DNA from: Crocinitomicaceae bacterium
Lineage (GTDB): Bacteria; Bacteroidota; Bacteroidia; Flavobacteriales_D; Crocinitomicaceae
DNA: 64,000 nt
Assembly: GCA_029247685.1 (NCBI GenBank)
Contig: JAQWKT010000013.1
Location: 10,048-74,047, forward strand
Direction: 5' to 3'
Positions 57,310-64,000 of the stretch are shown here, one piece after another (the first letter of the stretch is position 1; every line of letters begins with the position of its first letter). The notes beneath the pieces are model-generated. The model did no database searches. It saw only the letters and a program-made list of their open reading frames with translations, and had not been told where the DNA came from. The translations under genes were made by a program, and so were the position numbers.

Positions 57310-58701
57310 ATGGAAAAAACACAAAAATACATTAGTCAACATAACTCAAGATTTTTAGAAGAATTAATGAATTTGTTAAGAATTCCTTCTATTTCAGCAG
57401 ACCCAAAGTACAAAGAGAATGTAATGGATTGTGCTGTTGCATTAAAAGAAGGGTTTGATAAAATGGGCCTTGATAAAACAGAAGTTATTACAACAAATGG
57501 TCATCCAATTGTTTATGGAGAAAAAATAGTAGATATTAACCTACCCACCATTTTAATTTATGGCCACTATGATGTTCAGCCGGCAGACCCATTAGATTTA
57601 TGGCATTCAGATCCTTTTGACCCTCAAATAAAGAAAACTGAAATTCATCCTGAAGGGGCAATATTTGCAAGGGGAGCATGTGATGATAAAGGACAAATGT
57701 TTATGCATGTTAAGGCAATAGAGTCCATGATAATGGAGAAAGAACTTTCATGTAATGTAAAGTTAATGATTGAAGGTGAAGAAGAAATAGGAAGTGAAAA
57801 TCTTGGTTTTTTTGTCCAAGAGAATAAAGAAAAATTAAAAGCAGACATTATTTTGGTTTCGGATACCGGCATGTTAGCAAATGATGTACCATCTATAACA
57901 ACAGGTTTAAGGGGGTTAAGTTATGTGGAAATTGAAGTAACAGGACCTAATAGAGACCTTCACTCTGGTTTATATGGCGGTTGTGTGGCAAATCCCATAA
58001 ATATTTTAAATAAAATGATTGCTTCTCTTCAAGATGAAAACAATCAAATTACAATACCAGGATTTTATGACAAAGTTCTTGTTTTGTCTTCAGAGGAAAG
58101 AAATGAAATGGCAAAAGCACCTTTTTCAGAGCAAAAGTATTGTGCGGCTTTAGATATAGATGCTGTTGTCGGTGAAAAAGAATATTCCACCATGGAAAGA
58201 GGATCGATAAGACCTTCGCTTGATGTTAATGGAATTTGGGGTGGCTACATAGGGGAAGGAGCTAAAACAGTAATCCCATCTAAAGCTAATGCAAAGATTT
58301 CAATGCGCTTGGTGCCCAACCAAGACCCTGATGAGATAACAGAATTGTTTAAAACGCATTTTGAATCAATAGCTCCAAAAGGAGTTAGTGTTGAGGTAAA
58401 ACCACATCATGGGGCCCACCCATCTGTTACGCCAATCGATTCCATTGGTTATAAAGCAGCAAGCATGGCATATGAAAAAACGTTTGCTAAAAAACCTATC
58501 CCTGTTAGAAGTGGTGGAAGTATACCTATTGTCGCAATGTTTGAAAAAGAATTAGGATTAAAAACCATTTTAATGGGTTTTGGTTTAGATAGCGATGCCA
58601 TTCACTCGCCAAACGAGCATTACGGCGTATTTAATTTCAAAAAAGGGATTCAAACAATCCCATACTTTTTTAAGTATTTTAGAGAACTTAACACAAAATA
58701 G
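57310..58701 (+). CDS. M20 family dipeptidase
   Basis: YGHYDVQP, ARGACDDKGQ, EGEEEIGS, DLHSG, GGSIP, HSPNE. Confidence 0.94.
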   Translation: MEKTQKYISQHNSRFLEELMNLLRIPSISADPKYKENVMDCAVALKEGFDKMGLDKTEVITTNGHPIVYGEKIVDINLPTILIYGHYDVQPADPLDLWHSDPFDPQIKKTEIHPEGAIFARGACDDKGQMFMHVKAIESMIMEKELSCNVKLMIEGEEEIGSENLGFFVQENKEKLKADIILVSDTGMLANDVPSITTGLRGLSYVEIEVTGPNRDLHSGLYGGCVANPINILNKMIASLQDENNQITIPGFYDKVLVLSSEERNEMAKAPFSEQKYCAALDIDAVVGEKEYSTMERGSIRPSLDVNGIWGGYIGEGAKTVIPSKANAKISMRLVPNQDPDEITELFKTHFESIAPKGVSVEVKPHHGAHPSVTPIDSIGYKAASMAYEKTFAKKPIPVRSGGSIPIVAMFEKELGLKTILMGFGLDSDAIHSPNEHYGVFNFKKGIQTIPYFFKYFRELNTK

Positions 58702-59169
58702 ATGAAAAAATTAGCTTTTCTTTTTTTAATTACTAGTGTCTTGATTTCTTGTAAGGGATTTAAAGATCCTGTTTTTGTTAGTTTCGATGGAGTGGATTCA
58801 TTTCGTTGGGAACAGGGAAAAAAAGTGAGCTTTAATATTAAATCAACGTTTGAAAATCCAAATGGATATGCATTAAAAATAAAGCCATGCTCTTTAGATG
58901 TATTTGTGGAGAAAAGAAAATTAGGGGTTCTTTGTTTGGAAAAAAAAATAAAGCTAAAGGCAAAAAAAGAAAATAACTTAACGGCCCCCATTTCTGTTAA
59001 ACTTAGTGGTGGAGCTATGTTTGCTTTAATGAAATATGCAAAAAGAGATTCTGTATCTGTTCGATTGGAAGGAGAAATAAAAGGGGGGGTGTTTATTTTT
59101 AGCAAAAAAGCCCCAATTAAGATAGAAAAAACAATTTCGCCAAAATCGCTTAGAGAGTTTAATTTTTAA
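58702..59169 (+). CDS. LEA type 2 (WHy)-like lipoprotein
   Basis: Lipobox LIS-C; ENPNGY.LKI, beta-rich. Confidence 0.75.
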   Translation: MKKLAFLFLITSVLISCKGFKDPVFVSFDGVDSFRWEQGKKVSFNIKSTFENPNGYALKIKPCSLDVFVEKRKLGVLCLEKKIKLKAKKENNLTAPISVKLSGGAMFALMKYAKRDSVSVRLEGEIKGGVFIFSKKAPIKIEKTISPKSLREFNF

Positions 59170-59192
59170 AATCATTTAATAACGATTAAAAC

Positions 59193-60713
59193 ATGAAAAA
59201 CCCAGAAGAGTCATTAAAAAGTATTATTTCTCATTCTAAAGAATATGGTTTTATTTTCCCTTCCTCTGAAATTTATGATGGGCTTTCTGCTACATACGAT
59301 TATGGTCCTTTGGGGGTGGAGTTAAAAAATAATATAAAGTCGTATTGGTGGAAAAGCATGACCCAACTACACGAAAACATTGTGGGCCTTGATTCTGCTA
59401 TATTTATGCATCCTAAAACCTGGAAAGCTTCAGGTCATATAGATGCATTTAATGATCCTTTAATTGACAATAAAGATTCTAAAAAAAGATATAGGGCAGA
59501 TGTCTTAATTGAAGATTATATTGAAAAAATTAAGCAAAAAATAGAAAAAGAGGTAAAAAAAGGGAAGAAACGATTTGCTGAAAAATTTGATGAAGATGAG
59601 TTTAGGGCAACTAATCCAAACATATTAAGAAACAAGACCAAAATTTTAGATATAGAGTCTAAAATGAAAAAATCTTTAGAAGAAAACAATTTAGAGGATG
59701 TTAAAAAATTAATAGAAGATCTTGGTATTAAATGCCCTGTCTCAGGATCTAAAAACTGGACAGATGTTCGTCAGTTTAATTTAATGTTTTCTACAAACCT
59801 AGGCTCTGTCTCTGGGGAATCTTCAGAAATTTATTTAAGACCCGAAACAGCACAAGGTATTTTTGTTAATTTTTTGAATGTTCAGAAATCCGGCAGAATG
59901 AAAATCCCTTTTGGGATTGCACAAATTGGAAAAGCATTTAGAAATGAAATAGTTGCTAGGCAATTTATTTTTAGAATGCGGGAATTTGAACAAATGGAGA
60001 TGCAATTTTTTGTTCGCCCAGGGGAAGAAATTAAATGGTATGAATACTGGAAAGATGCGCGCATAAAATGGCACAAAGAGCTTTTTTTGGGAGAAGAAAG
60101 ATATCGTTTTCATGACCATATAAAACTGGCACATTATGCAAATGCTGCCAGTGACATAGAATTTAAATTTCCTATTGGCTTTAAGGAGTTAGAGGGGATT
60201 CATTCAAGGACTGATTTTGATTTAAAGCAGCATGAAGAATTTTCAGGAAGAAAGCTACAATATTTTGATCCAGAAATAGGAGAAAGTTACGTTCCTTATG
60301 TTGTTGAAACTTCTATTGGTTTAGACAGGATGTTTTTGGCTGTTTTAAGCGCATCATACACACAAGAAAAATTAGAAGACTCTTCTGAAAGGGTGGTTTT
60401 AAAAATACCTAAAAAGTTGTCTCCTTATAAAGCAGCAATATTGCCATTATTAAAAAAAGATGGATTGCCTGAATTAGCAAGGAAAATAATGCAGGATTTA
60501 ACTCCATATTTCATGCTTCAATATGATGAGAAAGACTCGATAGGAAAGAGATATAGAAGACAAGATGCCATAGGAACTCCTTATTCTGTTACTATTGATC
60601 ATGATTCTCTAAACGATAACTCTGTTACAATTAGAGATAGGGATTCGATGAATCAACACCGCATTAAAATAGATGAATTAAAAGATTTTTTAGATAAAAA
60701 CATTTTTATTTAA
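59193..60713 (+). CDS. glyQS: Glycine--tRNA ligase (alpha2 type)
   Basis: SEIYDG…YDYGP.G, YLRPETAQGIF, FRNEI, REFEQME, SIGKRYRRQD. Confidence 0.97.
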   Translation: MKNPEESLKSIISHSKEYGFIFPSSEIYDGLSATYDYGPLGVELKNNIKSYWWKSMTQLHENIVGLDSAIFMHPKTWKASGHIDAFNDPLIDNKDSKKRYRADVLIEDYIEKIKQKIEKEVKKGKKRFAEKFDEDEFRATNPNILRNKTKILDIESKMKKSLEENNLEDVKKLIEDLGIKCPVSGSKNWTDVRQFNLMFSTNLGSVSGESSEIYLRPETAQGIFVNFLNVQKSGRMKIPFGIAQIGKAFRNEIVARQFIFRMREFEQMEMQFFVRPGEEIKWYEYWKDARIKWHKELFLGEERYRFHDHIKLAHYANAASDIEFKFPIGFKELEGIHSRTDFDLKQHEEFSGRKLQYFDPEIGESYVPYVVETSIGLDRMFLAVLSASYTQEKLEDSSERVVLKIPKKLSPYKAAILPLLKKDGLPELARKIMQDLTPYFMLQYDEKDSIGKRYRRQDAIGTPYSVTIDHDSLNDNSVTIRDRDSMNQHRIKIDELKDFLDKNIFI

Positions 60714-60854
60714 TCCATTATTAAGATTAAATAAATGTTAATTATTTATCAACTTGCTTTAAATTAAGCTTAATGCAATACTTTCGCGCAAAATTAAGTG
60801 AGGTATTTTTTTTATATTCAAGAACTTTAATTTAAAACTTAAAAATAATTTTCT

Positions 60855-63477
60855 ATGAAAATCCTTAAAATTCAGGCATTAAGAGGGCCAAATATTTGGA
60901 GCATAAGAAGAAAGAAACTAATCCAAATGCGTCTTGATTTGGAAGAAATGGAGGAACGTCCTACAGATAAAATAGAGGGCTTTGCAGAAAGAATAAAGAA
61001 AATGTTTCCTACAATGATTGAACATCGTTGTTCAGAAGGAACAAGGGGCGGTTTTTTTTATAGAATAGATAGAGGGACCTGGATGGGGCATGTGATAGAG
61101 CACATTGCTCTTGAAATTCAAACTCTCGCTGACATGAATGTTGGTTTTGGTCGAACACGAGAAACAAAAGAAAGAGGAGTTTACAATGTCGTTTTTAATT
61201 ATATAGAAGAAAAAGTTGGTGTTTATGCTGCAAAATCTGCGGTTAGAATAGCAGAAGCACTAATAGCTGGGGAAGAATATGATTTGGATCATGATATTCA
61301 AAAAATGAGAGAGATTCGTGAAGACGTTCGATTGGGTCCAAGTACCGGAAGTATTGTAGAAGAAGCGGTTGCCAGAGATATCCCTTGGGTAAGACTTGGT
61401 TCAAATTCTCTTGTTCAACTTGGCTTTGGTGTTAATCAGATGCGATTTCAGGCTACGATCACTTGTAAGACCTCTAATATAGCTGTAGACATTGCATGTG
61501 ATAAAGAGGATACTAAAAAAATGCTTAAAAATGCTTCTATTCCAGTTGCAAAGGGGGATATTTGTTATGATGAAGAGGATTTGGAATATACGATTAAGGA
61601 TATTGGATATCCAATAGTTATAAAACCACTTGATGGAAATCATGGAAAAGGAGCATCTATAAATGTAACAAACTGGGAGGATGCTGTTGTGGGGCTTAAA
61701 CACGCTAAACAATATTCAAGAAGGGTTATTGTTGAAAGATTTATAACGGGTTTTGATTTTAGAGTTCTAGTTATCGACAACAAAGTAGTAGCTGCGGCTC
61801 AAAGAGTGCCCGCTCATGTAATTGGAGACGGGAAAAGCACCATAAATCAATTGATTGAAAAAGTGAATGAAGATCCAAGAAGAGGATATGGCCACGAAAA
61901 TGTTCTTACACAAATAGACATAGATAAAGATTCTAGAGAGCTCCTTGAAGAGAAAGGATATACAGTAGATAGTATTCTAAAAAAGGAGGAGATTTTATAT
62001 TTAAAGTCAACGGCTAATTTAAGCACTGGAGGAACCTCTATTGATGTGACAGACATGATGCATCCTGAAAATATCTTTTTATCAGAAAGAATATCTAGAG
62101 TGATTGGCTTGGACATTTGCGGGATTGATATTATGGCTTCGAATCTAACGGAATCATTGAAGAACAATGGAGGGGTTATCTTAGAGGTGAATGCTGCGCC
62201 TGGATTTAGGATGCACCTTGCCATCTGAAGGATTGCCAAGAAATGTTGCGGCGCCTGTTATCGAGATGCTTTATCCTCCAGGAAAGCCATCAAGGATTCC
62301 TATTATAGCGGTTACCGGTACAAATGGGAAAACAACAACGACTAGGTTAATGGCTCATATCGTTAAAAATGTGGGACATAAAGTTGGGTTTACCACCTCA
62401 GACGGAATATATATTCAGAATCATATGATGGAAAAAGGCGATACAACTGGTCCATATAGCGCAGAATATGTTTTAAAAGATCCAACCGTCGAATTCGCTG
62501 TTCTTGAAACAGCAAGAGGAGGTATTTTAAGGTCCGGTTTGGGCTTTAGTAAATGCGATATAGGAATAATAACTAACATCCAAGAGGATCACCTTGGTCT
62601 TAGTGATATTCATAATCTTGAAGATTTATCTCGAGTTAAATCCGTGGTAGTTGATAGCGTTAAACCAGAAGGTTGGGCAGTATTAAATGCGGAAGATGAG
62701 AATTGTGTTAAAATAGGAAACTCTCTTCGGTGTAATGTCGCTTACTTTAGTTTAAATGAAGATTGCCCTGTCATTGAAGAACACTGTAAAGAAGGTGGTG
62801 TTGCTGCAATTTATGAAAATGGGTTCATCACCATAAAAAAGGGGGATTGGAAAATCCGTATAGAGAGAGCAACTTTAATACCTTTAACGATGAATGGAAA
62901 GGCGCTTTTCAATATTGCAAATGTTCTTGCAGCAACATTAGCAGCTTACCTTCAGGGTTTTAAAACAGAGGGAATAAGACTTTCTTTATCTACATTTTTA
63001 CCAAGCGCTGCTCAAACGCCAGGAAGACTTAATATTTTTGAGTTTTCTAAGTTTAAGTTTATGATTGATTTTGCACATAATCCAAGTAGTTATAGGGGTA
63101 TAGAAACATTTTTAGCATCTGTAGATGCAAAAAGAAAAATTGGAATTATTTCAGGAGTTGGAGATAGAAGAGACGAGGATATAATAGAATGTGCAAAAAT
63201 TGCAGCAAGAATGTTTGATCATATTATTATAAGACAGGAAAAACATCTTAGAGGAAGAACAGAGAAAGAAATAATAGACTTGATTTTGAAGGGGATAAAT
63301 AAAGAAAATAAACAAGTAACCCATGAGGTTATTTCTTTAGAAATAGATGCAATAAAACATGCTATATCTATTGCTGAAGAAGGAACCTTTATCACAGCTC
63401 TTAGCGATGTTGTAGACAATGCAATTGAAACGGTTCAAAGCTACCTTGATGCCGAGATAGCGGCAGATAAAAAGTAA
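60855..63477 (+). pseudogene. cphA: Cyanophycin synthetase, split by a frameshift at about 62220
   Basis: LRGPNIWS, GTWMGHVIEH, LGPSTGSIV, KPLDGNHGKG, ANLSTGG, EVNAAPGFRMH (ORF 60855-62228), then PSEGLPRNVA, VTGTNGKTT, ETARGGILR, DFAHN (ORF 62191-63477). Confidence 0.92.
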
Positions 63478-63678
63478 AATATTGAGGGGGGGGCTTTTTT
63501 ATTTACAAACCTGGAAAAAGGTTTTAAAAAAAGAACTAAACCCTTTTAATTCTAAAAATAGTTTAACAAATTGCATTCCATATCAAAAGGTTTTAGAATC
63601 AAAAACCCCCTCTTTTTAGAGCTTGTTTTAAACAAAACAAGATAACGGTTGTTATAAAAATTGTAAAACTGTTTTTTA

Positions 63679-64000
63679 ATGACGAATTGGAAAAAAATTC
63701 AAGGTTATTCTTATTATGAGGTGTCGAATTTAGGTGAGATAAAATCATTATCTAGAGAAAAAAAATTCAAAAATGGACGAATTGTTCAATTTGAATCAAA
63801 AATTAAAAAATTAAGAAAACACCCTAAGAATGGATTCTTAATGACAGATTTAATTGATGATAACGGAAAAAGAAAAACAATTTATCCTCATAAAATAGTT
63901 GCTCAGGTGTTTATTCATAATGATAATCCCAAAAAAAATAAAGTGGTTATTCATAAGGATGGCAAATTAGAAAATAATAATGTTTCTAATTTATACTGGG
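63679..64000 (+). CDS. NUMOD4 motif + HNH endonuclease-like protein (truncated by the window end; absent from the ORF track)
   Basis: Translated by hand: MTNWKKIQGYSYYEVSNLGEIKS…KRKTIYPHKIVAQVFI.N…VIHKDGKLENNNVSNLYW. Confidence 0.85.
   Translation, partial: MTNWKKIQGYSYYEVSNLGEIKSLSREKKFKNGRIVQFESKIKKLRKHPKNGFLMTDLIDDNGKRKTIYPHKIVAQVFIHNDNPKKNKVVIHKDGKLENNNVSNLYW

Noticed and set aside
58650..59105. 151-aa antisense ORF and the many other 60-130 aa ORFs nested in long genes
   Set aside because: They lie inside well-supported genes on another frame or strand and have no recognisable motifs.
63484..63616. G-run (63486-63493) and C-run (63606-63610) as IS terminal inverted repeats or a structured RNA
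   Set aside because: Complementarity is short and homopolymeric, with no transposase or target-site duplication.
1..64000. Genome-wide reassignment of TGA to Gly (code 25) or Trp (code 4)
   Set aside because: Many genes end in TGA at their expected C-termini with ATGA start overlaps. Reading through the 22197 TGA would run across its terminator. TGG and GGA codons are used normally.

Overview
AT-rich (roughly 30% GC by eye) chromosomal window from a Bacteroidota bacterium, probably Flavobacteriales. This placement is inferred from TAnnTTTG promoters, a T9SS sorting-domain protein, a glutaminyl cyclase, alpha2-type GlyRS and Flavobacteria-like proteins. Most of it is densely packed housekeeping DNA (murI, purC, phoH, metK, alaS, ruvX, lipB, mutS, metF, thiolase, pheS, glyQS). 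Accessory content: a pseudaminic-acid glycosylation locus (flippase, GT2, Maf/DUF115-like transferase, pseB/C/F/I, methylase, double GNAT, no visible pseG, YfhO GT-C), a TonB-dependent receptor, a block of unusual genes at 37-43 kb, cyanophycin synthetase, and a NUMOD4-HNH gene running off the right edge. Most notable: (i) two otherwise intact genes (hppA and a T9SS cargo protein) each carry one in-frame TGA where Gly is expected, although TGA is clearly also a normal stop here; (ii) cphA is frameshifted near its domain boundary; (iii) an RluB-like pseudouridine synthase has lost its catalytic Asp; (iv) a compact structured RNA candidate precedes a DUF805 gene; (v) a Cys/His-rich lipoprotein and a FISUMP-FISUMP-TonB fusion. 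No rRNA, tRNA, CRISPR array or transposase was seen. All product calls come from motif recognition without database searches, and the gene disruptions could be sequencing or assembly errors.
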